Below, in pieces: positions 38,381 through 49,612 of a DNA stretch of 64,000 nucleotides. Both the position numbers and the translations under genes were made by a program. Numbering within the stretch: the stretch's first letter is position 1; each line of letters begins with the position of its first letter. The stretch covers positions 2,520 to 66,519 of the forward strand of contig JAOUEW010000004.1 of assembly GCA_029858505.1 (NCBI GenBank), written 5' to 3'. The stretch comes from Deltaproteobacteria bacterium (lineage in GTDB: Bacteria > SAR324 > JACQKK01). A model generated the notes under the pieces. That model searched no databases. It was not told where the DNA came from and worked only from the letters and a program-made list of their open reading frames with translations.

Positions 38381-40165
38381 ATGGCCCGCGAACAGCAAGA
38401 CCCTACGTCTCCCCTTTACAAGATCCGGCATTCCCTGGCCCATGTGCTGGCCCAGGCGGTGCTGGAAATTCGCCCCGGCGCCAAGCTGGGGTTTGGGCCG
38501 CCCATTGAGCACGGCTTCTATTATGACTTTGATCTGGACACCCCCCTGACCCCGGAAGACCTGCCGGAGCTGGAGAAGCGGATGCGGAAGATCATTGGGC
38601 AGAACCAAAAATTCGAGCGGGCCGACCTGCCCGCCGAGGAGATGATCGCCCGGCTGGAGAAAGACGGGGCGGCCTACAAAGCGGAACAAGCCCGCGACCT
38701 GAAGGCCGGCGGTGAGGCCACCTTAAGTTTGTACGCCAATGGGCCCTTCACCGACATGTGCGAGGGACCCCACGTGGAGCATACGGGCAAGATTCCCCCG
38801 GATGCCTTCCGGCTGGACTCGCTGGCGGGGGCCTATTGGAAGGGCAGCGAGAAAAACAAAATGTTGCAGCGGGTGTATGGGCTGGCCTTCTTGAACAAGA
38901 ACGAGTTGAAAGCCTTTGTGGAGCAGCGGGAGCTGGCCAAAGAGCGGGACCACCGCAAGCTGGGGGCCCAGCTGGGGCTGTTCACCATTTCGGAAGAAGT
39001 GGGCAAGGGCCTGCCCCTGTGGATGCCCAACGGCACGGTGATTCGGGAAGAGCTGGAAAAACTGGCCAAAGAAAAAGAATTCGCCCTGGGCTACAAGCGG
39101 GTGGCCACGCCCCACATTACCAAGGAGGGGTTGTTCCTTACGTCGGGTCACTTGCCTCACTACAAAGACAGCATGTTCCCCCCCATGACCGCCGACGGGG
39201 AAACGTTTTACTTAAAGCCCATGAACTGCCCGTTTCACCACATGATCTTTAAAGCCCAGCCCCGCAGTTACCGGGACCTGCCGGTGCGGCTGGCGGAGTA
39301 TGGAACCTGTTACCGCTACGAGCAGTCTGGCGAGTTGTCGGGTTTGCTGCGGGTGCGGGGGCTGGCCATGAACGACGCCCATATTTACTGCACCCCGGAA
39401 CAGGCCAAGGAAGAGTTTGTGCAGGTGATGCGCCTGCACATGGATTACTACGAGCTGTTCGGGCTGAAGGATTATTGGGTGCGGCTGTCTCTGCCGGAAT
39501 TGGGGGAAGGCGGCAAGTACGTGAACGACCCGCAGGCCTGGGAGCAGGCCGAGCGGCTGATGCTGGAGGCCATGGAAGAAGTGGGCATTCCCTACGAATC
39601 GGCCCGGGGCGAGGCGGCCTTTTACGGCCCCAAGATTGACATGCAGATTAAGAACGTGGCCGGGCGGGAGGAAACGGCCTCCACCAACCAGTTGGATCTC
39701 ATCATGGCCCGGCGGTTTGACCTGACTTACATTGGGGCCGACAACCAGCGCCATTACCCCTACATTATTCACCGGGCGCCCCTGGGCACCCACGAGCGGT
39801 TCGTGGCGTTCCTCATCGAGCACTACGGCGGGGCCTTCCCCAGCTGGCTGGCCCCCGAGCAGGTGCGGCTGGTGCCGGTGAACCCGGAGCAAAACGCCTA
39901 CGCCGAAACCCTGGCCGCGACCCTGCGCAAGTCCTTCGTGCGGGCCGAGGTAGACACCACCGCCGAAAGCCTGGGGAAAAAAGTGCGGGAGGGCCAAACC
40001 CAAAAAGTGCCGAACTTGTTTATCGTGGGGGCCAAAGAAGCCGAAGAAGGAAAGGTGGCTTGGCGCCGCCATGGCAGCAAAGACCAAAAGGTGCTTCCGG
40101 TGGCCGACGCCGTGAAAGAACTGCTGGAAGAAATTGCAGAGCGGAGAGACTGGCGGCGGGGGTAA
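38381..40165 (+). CDS. thrS: Threonine--tRNA ligase (no N-terminal TGS domain)
   Basis: RHSLAH, GFYYDF, RDHRKLG, KPMNCP, AFYGPKID, IHRAPLG. Confidence 0.97.
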   Translation: MAREQQDPTSPLYKIRHSLAHVLAQAVLEIRPGAKLGFGPPIEHGFYYDFDLDTPLTPEDLPELEKRMRKIIGQNQKFERADLPAEEMIARLEKDGAAYKAEQARDLKAGGEATLSLYANGPFTDMCEGPHVEHTGKIPPDAFRLDSLAGAYWKGSEKNKMLQRVYGLAFLNKNELKAFVEQRELAKERDHRKLGAQLGLFTISEEVGKGLPLWMPNGTVIREELEKLAKEKEFALGYKRVATPHITKEGLFLTSGHLPHYKDSMFPPMTADGETFYLKPMNCPFHHMIFKAQPRSYRDLPVRLAEYGTCYRYEQSGELSGLLRVRGLAMNDAHIYCTPEQAKEEFVQVMRLHMDYYELFGLKDYWVRLSLPELGEGGKYVNDPQAWEQAERLMLEAMEEVGIPYESARGEAAFYGPKIDMQIKNVAGREETASTNQLDLIMARRFDLTYIGADNQRHYPYIIHRAPLGTHERFVAFLIEHYGGAFPSWLAPEQVRLVPVNPEQNAYAETLAATLRKSFVRAEVDTTAESLGKKVREGQTQKVPNLFIVGAKEAEEGKVAWRRHGSKDQKVLPVADAVKELLEEIAERRDWRRG

Positions 40166-40168
40166 ACT

Positions 40169-42046
40169 CTACCCCTCTCCCCGGTTCCACCAGCGGCCCA
40201 GGGCCAGCCAGGCCAGGGGGGCCAGGAACACCGGCAGGTAAAACCACAGCCAGTCTTGGTCTTGGCGGTGAATCACCGGCACATCGCCGGAAGGAATGGG
40301 GCGGGGCAGGGGCCGCCCGTAGGGGGTGCCCTCTAGCAGCCAGTTCATGACCTGGGTGAACAGCGCCCGGTTTCCTTCGTTTTCCAGCAGGGCCCCGGCG
40401 ATGATGTGGGGGTCCCCCACCGCGACCAACCGCCCGCCGAAGGTTTCACCGCTGGGGGTGTTCTTTCTCTGTTCCACCGGGTTGAAACCCCGCGGGTTGA
40501 TTTCCTTGCGGTGAAACGCCAACGTGGCCGCCAGCCAGAAATCTCCGGCGGGCTCGAAGCGGGGGTCTTGGGTCCAATCGGCCCCGGCGGTTTCGGCCCA
40601 GGTGCCGGGCATGGCGCTCAACAATCCCTGAATGTGGGCGGCGGGGTGGTCAGAAGACCCAGCGGCTTTCCAATGAAAACTGCCCGAGGCCTGGGCCACC
40701 ACCGGAAATCGGTTGGGGTCTCCCCGCAGCAGGGTCATGGCCGGATGAGGAGGGAAGTTCACCGTTACCAGCCGCCCATGGTCGGCGGCCTGAAAGGTTT
40801 GCTGGGCGAACAGCCGGGAGTGGGCCAGGGGTGCCGGGGAGTACACCAACCCCATTCCGGCCAGCCAGCCCGCCAGGGGTTGGGCCGTGCCGGGGCGGGA
40901 ATCTGTGGCTGACATGCCACCGGGGCGGGGCGGTGTGACGGGAGACAGCGCCAGCAGCACGCGCCCCCCCTGGGCCAGATAACGGTCCAAGGCCTGTTGT
41001 TCGCCGGGGGTGAAGCGGGCGGTGGGATCGAGAATCACCAACAGGGCGGGGTTTTTTTGGGGCAGGGCGTTCAACTCCCCCGGCTCCAGCTCTTGCAGGG
41101 AGAGGTTCCAGTGCTGGGCCAGCATCTCCAGCCCCACCAGGGAGCGCTCTTGAGACAAGTCGGGTTCCCCCGGCTGGCGGGGGCTGCCCCGCCGCAGGGG
41201 CCACTCCCCATGGCCGCTGGTGAACCCCAACTCCCCCCGGGGGCGGCTCACTTTTTCCAAAGCTCCGCGAAAGTCCAGATCCATTCTCGACAAGGCACTC
41301 TGGGCCTGGTCTCCCTCTCCAATCCACAGCCTCTGGTGAGAGCCCCGGGCCGCCACCACCACCACCCCGTTGGCCAGGGGTCCCCCCGCCAGCCGCTGGG
41401 CTTCTTGGGGCAGGGCCACGGCGTCTACCCGGCGCACCTTCAACCGTGGCGAGACCGCTCCGGCTTGATCCAGGTAGGCCATGGCTTGGCTGCCCTGCTG
41501 GCTGACGGGGGAGAAAAACCCCACGGCTTCCACCGGCTCGGTCAATTGTTCCAGGGCGGCCTGGGTCTCTGGGCTGGGAGAGGTGTCTGGCCGGTGGGCC
41601 AGGTCGGCCCCCCAGGGCAGCTGCGCCAGCACCAGGTACCCGGCCATGGCCGCCGCCAGGCTTAACCCCAGCCCCAACCCGGCCCGGCCATTGTCAGCGT
41701 CTCCCTCGGTTCGTTTCCAGGGCAGGCCGATGATGAGGCAAAACAAAGCCCCCCAACTCAAGGCATCGGCCTCTACAAATCGGCTGGTCATCCACAGGGC
41801 CGCCCCCAGCCCCAGCAATAGTCCTGCCCAGGGATAGCCCAGCCAGGGGAGAGAGACTTCCCGGACCTGAACCCAGGGCAACAGGGCCCCCAGGCCAATC
41901 AGCCCCAGGCCCACCCACAGCAGTCCCTCGGCTGGCAGGCCGGGGGGCATCATTCGCCCCCCCACCCACAGGGCCAGTGCCCCTGCCAGCAGCAGGGGTG
42001 TTCCGCCCCCCAGGGAAAAGCGTTTGTGCTGGGCAAAGGGGGTCAT
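40169..42046 (-). CDS. GldG-like ABC transporter auxiliary membrane protein
   Basis: N-terminal TMs, FTSGHGE, YLAQGGRVL, GRLVAVGD, NWL; start overlaps the permease stop. Confidence 0.75.
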   Translation of the reverse strand: MTPFAQHKRFSLGGGTPLLLAGALALWVGGRMMPPGLPAEGLLWVGLGLIGLGALLPWVQVREVSLPWLGYPWAGLLLGLGAALWMTSRFVEADALSWGALFCLIIGLPWKRTEGDADNGRAGLGLGLSLAAAMAGYLVLAQLPWGADLAHRPDTSPSPETQAALEQLTEPVEAVGFFSPVSQQGSQAMAYLDQAGAVSPRLKVRRVDAVALPQEAQRLAGGPLANGVVVVAARGSHQRLWIGEGDQAQSALSRMDLDFRGALEKVSRPRGELGFTSGHGEWPLRRGSPRQPGEPDLSQERSLVGLEMLAQHWNLSLQELEPGELNALPQKNPALLVILDPTARFTPGEQQALDRYLAQGGRVLLALSPVTPPRPGGMSATDSRPGTAQPLAGWLAGMGLVYSPAPLAHSRLFAQQTFQAADHGRLVTVNFPPHPAMTLLRGDPNRFPVVAQASGSFHWKAAGSSDHPAAHIQGLLSAMPGTWAETAGADWTQDPRFEPAGDFWLAATLAFHRKEINPRGFNPVEQRKNTPSGETFGGRLVAVGDPHIIAGALLENEGNRALFTQVMNWLLEGTPYGRPLPRPIPSGDVPVIHRQDQDWLWFYLPVFLAPLAWLALGRWWNRGEG

Positions 42047-42807
42047 CGTTTCTCCCGTTGTTGTCGCAGCACCACGGCAGCCCATTCCACCCCCAGCACG
42101 GCCCCCGCCCCATAGAACCACAGATCTTTCAGCCACACTTGCCCCCGGGCAAAGGGGGGAAAGTGCTGCTGATACAGGGCCAGGTGGGCCAAGGCCGTGT
42201 TCAACGGGGGCGCGCTGACCGGCGCGGCCAGCCACAGCACCAGCCACCCCCCGGCCCCCAGGGCGGCAAACACCCCGGCGGTAAGCAGCCCCCGGCCCAG
42301 GGCGCTGGCCGCCAGCGAAACGCCGGTGAGGGCCGCTGCCAACAGCCCCAACCCCAGGTAGCCCGCCAGCAGGTGGCCCGGCGCCACCCGCCCATGCAGA
42401 AACACCAGGGCCGGCAGGTAAGCCGTTAACCCCAGCAGCAGGCCGTGGAAGCCCTGCACCGATAAAAACTTTCCCCACAAAATTTGCCGGGGGGTCACCG
42501 GGGCGGTTTCCAGCAGCACCCAGCTGCCGGTTTGGCGTTCCTCCGCGATCAACCGAAAAGACAGCAGGGGCACCGCCAGCAGGGTCAGCCCGCTGGCCAG
42601 GGTAAAGAAGCTTTCCAACACCACGCTGGAGGGCCGGGCCCCCGGCCCCAGGGCCATGGCGTTGAACAACAACCCGGTGAGAAACAAATAGGCCGCCCCG
42701 GTCCACCACGCCGCCCGGGAGGCAAACAGCCCCGCCAGTTCTCGGCGGGCGATCAGCCAGACGGGGCTCAAGGTCATGGTTTTGGGGCGGGGGTTGGGGC
42801 TGGTCAT
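42043..42807 (-). CDS. ABC-2 permease (GldF-like)
   Basis: IARREL, IAEERQTGS..L.TAP, GKFL. Confidence 0.85.
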   Translation of the reverse strand: MTSPNPRPKTMTLSPVWLIARRELAGLFASRAAWWTGAAYLFLTGLLFNAMALGPGARPSSVVLESFFTLASGLTLLAVPLLSFRLIAEERQTGSWVLLETAPVTPRQILWGKFLSVQGFHGLLLGLTAYLPALVFLHGRVAPGHLLAGYLGLGLLAAALTGVSLAASALGRGLLTAGVFAALGAGGWLVLWLAAPVSAPPLNTALAHLALYQQHFPPFARGQVWLKDLWFYGAGAVLGVEWAAVVLRQQREKR

Positions 42808-43748
42808 GAGATCGGCTCTTGGCGGGTGAGCTCCAGAAACAAGGCTTCCAGATCCTGCTCTTCAGCGGCCCCCAGTTCCAGCAGACCCAGGCCAGCCTCC
42901 ACCACCCGCCGGGCGGCTTCTTCCCGCAGGTCTTCCGCCGCGGTGAATTGTACCGCCAGGGCGCCGGGCAGCAGGGGGTGGGGGGAAAGGTCGAACGTTT
43001 GGGAAACAAGGGGTGCCAGGGCTTGGCGCAGCCGAGGCTCGTCTCCCCGCACGGTCAGCCGCAGGGTGTAGCCCTGGTGCCGGGCGGGCAGACTTCCGTT
43101 GGCCAGGCGGGGGTCTTCCACCGCCCGCCCCTTGCACATCAGCACCACTTTGTCGCACAGCTTGGCGGCTTCGGAAAGTTGATGGGTCGACAGCAGCACG
43201 GTGTGCCGCCCCCGCAGAGAGGCAATCAGTTGGCGGAACTGAACGACCTGGGCAGGGTCTAGGCCCGCCATGGGTTCATCCAGCAGCAGCACCGGGGGGC
43301 GGTGCACCAGGGCCTGGGCAATGCCCGCCCGCCGCCGCATTCCATGAGACAACCCGCCGCAGCGCCGCCCCGCCAGGTCGGCCAGCCCCAGGGCGGCCAG
43401 GGTTTCTTCCACCCGCGGGCCGGTTTCTTGTTTGGGCACCCCCCGAAGCCGGGCGGCGAAGGCCAGATAATCGGCCAGACGCATCTCGGCATAGAGGGGC
43501 GGGGTTTCCGGCAGAAACCCCACGGCAGAGCCCAGGGCCAGGGCGCCGCCCGCGGCGTCGAGGCCCGCCACCCGGGCCAGGCCCTGGCCGGGGGCCAGCC
43601 GTCCGGCCAGGATAGACAGGGTGGTGGTTTTGCCCGCCCCGTTGGCCCCCAGCAGCCCGGCGATGGTCCCGGCCTCGACCCGGAAGGTCAGGCCGTTCAG
43701 GGCCCGCACCCTGCCGAATTGTTTTACCAATCCCTGGGTTTCAATCAT
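42804..43748 (-). CDS. ABC transporter ATP-binding protein (GldA-like)
   Basis: GANGAGKTT, LSHGMRRR, LLDEP, STH. Confidence 0.9.
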   Translation of the reverse strand: MIETQGLVKQFGRVRALNGLTFRVEAGTIAGLLGANGAGKTTTLSILAGRLAPGQGLARVAGLDAAGGALALGSAVGFLPETPPLYAEMRLADYLAFAARLRGVPKQETGPRVEETLAALGLADLAGRRCGGLSHGMRRRAGIAQALVHRPPVLLLDEPMAGLDPAQVVQFRQLIASLRGRHTVLLSTHQLSEAAKLCDKVVLMCKGRAVEDPRLANGSLPARHQGYTLRLTVRGDEPRLRQALAPLVSQTFDLSPHPLLPGALAVQFTAAEDLREEAARRVVEAGLGLLELGAAEEQDLEALFLELTRQEPIS

Positions 43749-44062
43749 GGGGCCGGAATTCGAGAGGGCATAGGCCAGTGTTCGGCCCGGAGGGATTTAT
43801 TTTGATTCGTTTGAATATGGATGATTTTATGGGGGGCTTCGCCCTGCCCCCTTGTCACGGACATGTTACGAAACATATCCGACGGAACAAATCTGGAGGA
43901 TGCGCCTGATGATGTTGTGTCCAGAATTTTATTGCCTATGGTTGCCCTGCCTACCCTCGGCAGCGCGGAAGGCGCGGCGGAGATGACGGTGAAAACCCGC
44001 GGATGGCGAGAACACTCTGACCACATGCGACCACAGATGGCTGGAGGCAACCAAAAGACTTG

Positions 44063-44407
44063 TTAGTTGACCTCGGCTTGACCCTTCAGGCTGGCCACCA
44101 GTTGGTCCGGCTGAATCACGCCCCGCTCGGCCAGGCTTTTCAGCATCCACATGGTCACCGACACGGCGGTCTGGGGGTTCATCACCAGCCGGGCTTGCAC
44201 CTCCCGCCGAACGCTCACCGGTTCCAAAATTTCCTTGCCGTCCTCCACCCGCACTTTCACCGTCATGTCGTCGTAGTGAAAATTCACCCGGAACATGTCG
44301 TGCATTCCAAACCCGCCAAAGGCGCCGGTGACCAGTTTGACCGGCAGGGCTTCTGGCAGGTGGATGTCGACCACGGCGTCTTTGGGAGTGGGTGTTTTCT
44401 GGCTCAT
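44063..44407 (-). CDS. Hypothetical protein, DUF3467-like
   Basis: GAFGG...RREVQARLVMNPQTA pattern; AAGGAA RBS. Confidence 0.55.
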   Translation of the reverse strand: MSQKTPTPKDAVVDIHLPEALPVKLVTGAFGGFGMHDMFRVNFHYDDMTVKVRVEDGKEILEPVSVRREVQARLVMNPQTAVSVTMWMLKSLAERGVIQPDQLVASLKGQAEVN

Positions 44408-44450
44408 GGGGGGTTCCTTTGGGGGTGAGAACAGCGTGAATACGAATCAG

Positions 44451-45752
44451 TTATACCGGTTCGGCCAGACCGGAGGGGCTGGGGAATTTCAAGCACAACG
44501 TCCGCACGTCGTCCCGGATTTTTTCCGGCCCGGCTTCTCCCCGGCCCAGGGCGGCAATCCAGTCGGCGATTTGTTCCATCTGGGGTTCTTTCATCCCCCG
44601 GCTGGTAGCGGCGGGGGTGCCCAGGCGCAGCCCAGAGGGCCGGAAGGGCGGCAGGGTATCGTCGGGGATGGCGTTTTTGTTGGTGGTGATGCCGGCACTT
44701 TCCAGCAGATCTTGCAGCTCCGCCCCGTTCTTGTTGAACGAGGCCACCGCGTTCAGCAGAATCAGGTGGTTGTCGGTGCCGCCGGTGACCAATTGACAGC
44801 CGTGGTGTTTCAACCGGGCGGCCATGGCCTTGGCGTTTTTCACCACCTGCTGCCCGTAGGCTTTGAATTCCGGCGTGCCAGCTTCTTTCAGGGCCACGGC
44901 AATGGCGGCGATTTGGTGCATGTGGGGGCCGCCCTGCAGCCCAGGGAACACCGCCCGGTCGATCAGGGTGGGCAGGTTTTCCAGGGTGCGCTCCGGGGCC
45001 TTGAGGGGGTTGCCCACCTTTCCGCGGGAGAGAATCATGGCCCCCCGGGGGCCCCGCAGGGTTTTGTGGGTGGTGGTGGTCATCACGTGAAAGCCGTGCT
45101 TCAGGGGGTTGGCCAGGGACCCGGCGGCAATCAGCCCGGCCACGTGGGCCATGTCGGCCATGGCCATGGCCCCCACTTTTTGGGCAATGAGCAAAAACCG
45201 GTCATAGTCCAGCTCTCGGGGATAGGCCGAGAACCCGGCCAGAATGATTTTGGGGCGGTGCTCCATGGCCATGGCTTCCAGCTGGCCGTAGTCAATGACT
45301 CCGGTGGAGATGTCTTTCATGCCGTAGCGGATGAAGCGAAAGGCCTTGGCGGCAAAGGTGACCGGCGCGCCGTGGGTGAGGTGACCCCCGTGAGACAGGT
45401 CCATGGCCAGCACGGTGTCGCCCACGTCCATCCAAGAGGAAAAGGCGATGAGGTTGGCGGCGGCCCCAGACAATGGCTGCACGTTGGCGTGGTCGGCCCC
45501 AAACAGGGCCTTGGCCCGTTCGATGGCCAGCGATTCGACCTGGTCGGTGAAGGTTTGCCCCCCGTAATAGCGGCGGCCGGGGGTGCCTTCGGCGTATTTG
45601 TTGGTGAACAGGGTGCCCAGGGCCTCTAGCACGGCCTTCGACACGTAGTTTTCCGAGGGGATAAGTTCCAGCCCTTCCATTTCGCGGCGGGCTTCGCCCC
45701 CCACCATGGCAAATACTTCGGGGTCTTGCTTGGGCAAATAGGTATATTTCAT
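44451..45752 (-). CDS. glyA: Serine hydroxymethyltransferase
   Basis: [39 protein letters not shown]. Confidence 0.97.
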   Translation of the reverse strand: MKYTYLPKQDPEVFAMVGGEARREMEGLELIPSENYVSKAVLEALGTLFTNKYAEGTPGRRYYGGQTFTDQVESLAIERAKALFGADHANVQPLSGAAANLIAFSSWMDVGDTVLAMDLSHGGHLTHGAPVTFAAKAFRFIRYGMKDISTGVIDYGQLEAMAMEHRPKIILAGFSAYPRELDYDRFLLIAQKVGAMAMADMAHVAGLIAAGSLANPLKHGFHVMTTTTHKTLRGPRGAMILSRGKVGNPLKAPERTLENLPTLIDRAVFPGLQGGPHMHQIAAIAVALKEAGTPEFKAYGQQVVKNAKAMAARLKHHGCQLVTGGTDNHLILLNAVASFNKNGAELQDLLESAGITTNKNAIPDDTLPPFRPSGLRLGTPAATSRGMKEPQMEQIADWIAALGRGEAGPEKIRDDVRTLCLKFPSPSGLAEPV

Positions 45753-45968
45753 GGGTGCGGGCACCAAAGAGAAAGTGGGGAGTGTAGACGCCGATCGCGT
45801 GTACCGCCATTAAACCATGGGGGGGGTAGGGGGTCAATTTTCCGGCCCTGCCCCCCGGGGGCCGGTTGTTCCCCCGTGTTTTCCTGTGGTAACCTGAGTA
45901 AGATTTTTTCAGGCTGTTTCTTGAAAGCCCCCCGTTCGTTCACCAACCCTTGTCACGGCAGGAGCCGG

Positions 45969-48437
45969 ATGTCTGAGCAAAACCCCCTGGTCTCTCCCAT
46001 CCATATCGAAGATGAGATGCGCGTCTCCTACATGGAGTACGCCATGTCGGTCATCATTGGGCGGGCCCTGCCCGATGTGCGCGACGGCTTGAAACCGGTG
46101 CACCGGCGGGTTCTGTTTGCCATGCACGACCAAGGAAACCACCACAACAAGCCCTACCGCAAAAGCGCCAGGGTGGTGGGTGACGTGATCGGTAAATACC
46201 ACCCCCACGGCGATGCCGCGGTGTATGACACCACGGTGCGGATGGCCCAAGATTTCTCCATGCGCTACCTGCTGGTGGACGGCCAGGGAAACTTCGGCAG
46301 CGTGGACGGCGACCCGCCCGCGGCCATGCGCTACACCGAGGTGCGCATGACCAAGCTGGCCCACGAAATGCTGGCCGACATTGACAAAGAAACCGTAGAC
46401 TTTCAGCCGAACTACGACGAAAGCCTGGAAGAGCCCAAGGTGCTGCCCTCCAAGGTGCCAGCCCTGCTACTGAACGGCTCTACCGGTATTGCCGTGGGGA
46501 TGGCCTGCAACATTCCCCCCCACAACCTGGGCGAGCTGATGGACGCCCTGCTGTACTTCATCGACAACGGCGAGCAGACCTCGGCGGCGGACTTGATGGA
46601 CATTCTGCCCGGCCCAGACTTCCCCACCGGGGGAATCATTTTGGGCAACGAGGGCATTTTCGAGGCCTACTCCACCGGCCGGGGCATTTTGAACATCCGG
46701 GCCAAGGCCGAGGTGGAAACCTATTCCAAAGGCGACAAAGAGCGCATCGTCATCACCGAAATTCCCTACATGGTGAACAAGGCCCGGCTGATCGAGCGCA
46801 TTGCCGAACTGGTGAACGAAAAACACATCGAGGGCGTCAGCTACATCCGCGATGAATCCGACCGCACCGGCATGCGGGTGGTGGTGGAAATTAAAAAGGG
46901 CGCCAGCGGAGAAGTGGTGCTGAACAATTTGTACAAGCACACCCAAATGCAAACCTCCTTCGGCATCATCATGCTGGCGGTGGTGGACGGCCAGCCCAAA
47001 ACCCTGTCGCTGCCCCAGGTGCTGCATTATTTCCTGCGCCATCGCATCGAGGTGGTGGAGCGGCGCACGGCCTATGACCTGGGCAAGGCCCAGGCCCGGG
47101 CCCATATTTTAGAGGGCCTCACCATTGCCCTGAAAAACCTGGATCAGGTGATTGAGCGGATCAAAAAAGCCCCCAGCCCTTCCGACGCCCGGGCCGCCTT
47201 GGTGAAAGACTACGGCCTGTCGGAAATTCAAGCCAAAGAAATTTTGGAAATGCGCTTGCAGCGCTTGACCGGGCTGGAACAGCAGAAGATTAAAGACGAA
47301 TACGCCGAGGTGAACAAACTGATTGCCGAGTTGACCGGCATTCTGGCCGACCGGGGCAAGGTGCTGGAGATCATCAAGGGCGAATGGCGCGAGCTGAAAG
47401 CCAAATTCGGCGATGCCCGCCGCACCGAAATTGCCGCCAGCCAGGGAGACATCTCCCACGAAGACCTGATCCCCGAAGAAGACATGGTGGTGTCCATCAG
47501 CCGGATGGGCTACATCAAGCGCACCCCCCTGGCCGTGTACCGCACCCAAAAGCGCGGCGGCAAGGGCAAAGTGGGCATGACCACCCGCGACGAAGACTTT
47601 GTGGAAACCCTGTTCGTGGCGTCTACCCATGCCTCTCTGTTGATCTTCACCTCGGTGGGCAAGGTGTACCTGAAGAAAGTGCACCAAATTCCCATGGTCA
47701 GCCGCACGGGCAAGGGCAAGGCGGTGGTGAACCTGCTGCCTTTGGAGGAAGGCGAAATCGTGCAGGCCTATCTGCCGGTGGACTCGTTTGAGGGCGAAAA
47801 ATACGTGCTGATGGCCACCGAGCGGGGCGTGGTGAAAAAAACCGAACTGGCGGCCTATCAAAAACCCCGCACCGTGGGCATTCGGGCCATTAACATAGAC
47901 GCCGACGACCGCCTGACCCACGCGGTGCTGGTGCAGGGCAAGCAAGAGGTGTTCATGGCCACCTATCAGGGCATGTCGCTGCGCATTGCCCACGAAGACA
48001 TCCGCCCCATTGGACGGGTGGGCCGTGGAGTGATGGGCATGCGCCTGAACGAAGGCGATCACTTGGTGGGGGTGGAGGTGCTGAAAAGCAACGAAGGGTC
48101 CATGCTCACCGTCACCGAAAAAGGCTACGGCAAGAAGAGCGATATCGCCGATTACAAACAGGGCAGCCGCGGCAACAAGGGCGTGTTCACCATTAAAATT
48201 TCCGAGAAAACCGGAAACGTGGTGGGCATTCTGCAAATCGACGAAGCCGATGAGGTGATGCTGGTCACCCGCCTGGGCAAAATGATTCGGCTGCAGTTAG
48301 ACAAAATGCGGGAAATGGGCCGCCTGACCCAAGGCGTGCGCCTGATTAACCTGGAAGAAGACGAACAAGTGGTGGCCATTGCCAAAATCGTGGAAAACGA
48401 TGAGGGAGATGGCGCGGATGACCAGACCATCAATTAG
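45969..48437 (+). CDS. gyrA: DNA gyrase subunit A
   Basis: [22 protein letters not shown], GyrA-box QKRGGKG. Confidence 0.97.
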   Translation: MSEQNPLVSPIHIEDEMRVSYMEYAMSVIIGRALPDVRDGLKPVHRRVLFAMHDQGNHHNKPYRKSARVVGDVIGKYHPHGDAAVYDTTVRMAQDFSMRYLLVDGQGNFGSVDGDPPAAMRYTEVRMTKLAHEMLADIDKETVDFQPNYDESLEEPKVLPSKVPALLLNGSTGIAVGMACNIPPHNLGELMDALLYFIDNGEQTSAADLMDILPGPDFPTGGIILGNEGIFEAYSTGRGILNIRAKAEVETYSKGDKERIVITEIPYMVNKARLIERIAELVNEKHIEGVSYIRDESDRTGMRVVVEIKKGASGEVVLNNLYKHTQMQTSFGIIMLAVVDGQPKTLSLPQVLHYFLRHRIEVVERRTAYDLGKAQARAHILEGLTIALKNLDQVIERIKKAPSPSDARAALVKDYGLSEIQAKEILEMRLQRLTGLEQQKIKDEYAEVNKLIAELTGILADRGKVLEIIKGEWRELKAKFGDARRTEIAASQGDISHEDLIPEEDMVVSISRMGYIKRTPLAVYRTQKRGGKGKVGMTTRDEDFVETLFVASTHASLLIFTSVGKVYLKKVHQIPMVSRTGKGKAVVNLLPLEEGEIVQAYLPVDSFEGEKYVLMATERGVVKKTELAAYQKPRTVGIRAINIDADDRLTHAVLVQGKQEVFMATYQGMSLRIAHEDIRPIGRVGRGVMGMRLNEGDHLVGVEVLKSNEGSMLTVTEKGYGKKSDIADYKQGSRGNKGVFTIKISEKTGNVVGILQIDEADEVMLVTRLGKMIRLQLDKMREMGRLTQGVRLINLEEDEQVVAIAKIVENDEGDGADDQTIN

Positions 48438-48784
48438 GGCAGGTCATGAAAGCCGGGGTTCACCCGCTTGCGGATGGCGCCAAGTGAAAAGTCTCAAGGA
48501 AAGTATCCTGTGAAAGTGCCAGAAGAAGGCGCAAAAAATAGGGCATCATAAAAATGCTGGTTGAACATTCCCCATGAAAGCGACGAATAAGAACCTGCGG
48601 GGGAATAATGCGCGGGGGAAAACGTGTGAGGGATAAGGCGCAGGAAAAATTTTTTAAAAAAAATCGGAATAAAGTTTGGAAAAATATCGTCAAGCCCGCG
48701 GTGTGAATTCATAGGATGTTCACCAACCCCATTCACTCCCTTCAAATCCGAGAAGATGGTTTGAAGGGGAGAAGACCCAATCCC

Positions 48785-49591
48785 ATGGATGTTGCCCGCA
48801 AAAAAACCGTACCCTGGGTTGCCGTGGCCATGGCCCTGCTGCTCGCCGCCTGCCAGGGCGGCTCGGAAGAATACGTGCAGTTTGAGCGGGCCAAGAACAA
48901 ATGGGAGCAAGGCAGCTACCAAGACGCCGCCGGTGAATTTTTGGTGATTGTGCGGGACTACCCCGACACCCCCCTGGCCGAAGAGTCTTTGTACTGGACG
49001 GCGGTGCTTTACCATGAATACCTGAACAGTTTTTCTCAGGCCGAGGAATATTACAATCAACTGCTGGTGCGCTACCCCCAGGGGGCTTACCGCGCCCACG
49101 CCATGGAAGGCCTCGCCTCGCTGTATGAATCGCAGCCCGCCAGCCGCCACCGGGCGGTGCTGCTGTACAAAAAACTCACCCGCGACGACGACCTGGAAAA
49201 CCGCCGGGACTACCTGCTGCTGAAAACTGGCAAATTGCAGTTGGAGCTGGGCAAGCCCCCCCAGGCCCGGCTGGAGTTCCAAACCCTGCTGAAAGATTTT
49301 CCAAATTCTGCCTATGTTCCCCAGACCTATTACCTGATCGGGTATAGCTTTTACCTGGAGGGCCGCGTGAACCCGGCCCTGGTGGCCTTTCGCCAGTTGA
49401 ACAAAGAGTTCCCCGAGGACCCCCTGGCCCCCCAAGCGGTGTTTTTTGAGGCAGACATTTTGGAGGACCAGGGCAACCTAAGAGGGGCTCTGCAAAAATT
49501 CCGGTCGCTGGAAGGGCACTACCACAACTCGGCCATTTTGGAAAAGCGGATTCAAGCGCTGGAAAAACGGATGGAAAAATCGGTGCGGTAA
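48785..49591 (+). CDS. TPR lipoprotein (BamD/CpoB-like)
   Basis: Lipobox LAAC; repeated YP.S/T..A TPR units. Confidence 0.8.
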   Translation: MDVARKKTVPWVAVAMALLLAACQGGSEEYVQFERAKNKWEQGSYQDAAGEFLVIVRDYPDTPLAEESLYWTAVLYHEYLNSFSQAEEYYNQLLVRYPQGAYRAHAMEGLASLYESQPASRHRAVLLYKKLTRDDDLENRRDYLLLKTGKLQLELGKPPQARLEFQTLLKDFPNSAYVPQTYYLIGYSFYLEGRVNPALVAFRQLNKEFPEDPLAPQAVFFEADILEDQGNLRGALQKFRSLEGHYHNSAILEKRIQALEKRMEKSVR

Positions 49592-49612
49592 ATTCTTTCA
49601 TCAAGGCCCCCC

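Noticed and set aside
40169-43009. 946-aa ORF as a single fusion protein
   Set aside because: The N-terminal third overlaps the permease and ATPase genes in another frame; the real start is 42046.
45753-45968. ZTP (pfl) riboswitch upstream of glyA (also checked upstream of purH)
   Set aside because: The GACUGGCG...GUGG..CCAC..CGCCUGGG pattern is absent.
48438-48784. Replication origin near gyrA/parB
   Set aside because: AT-rich, but I saw no DnaA-box (TTATCCACA) cluster or parS.
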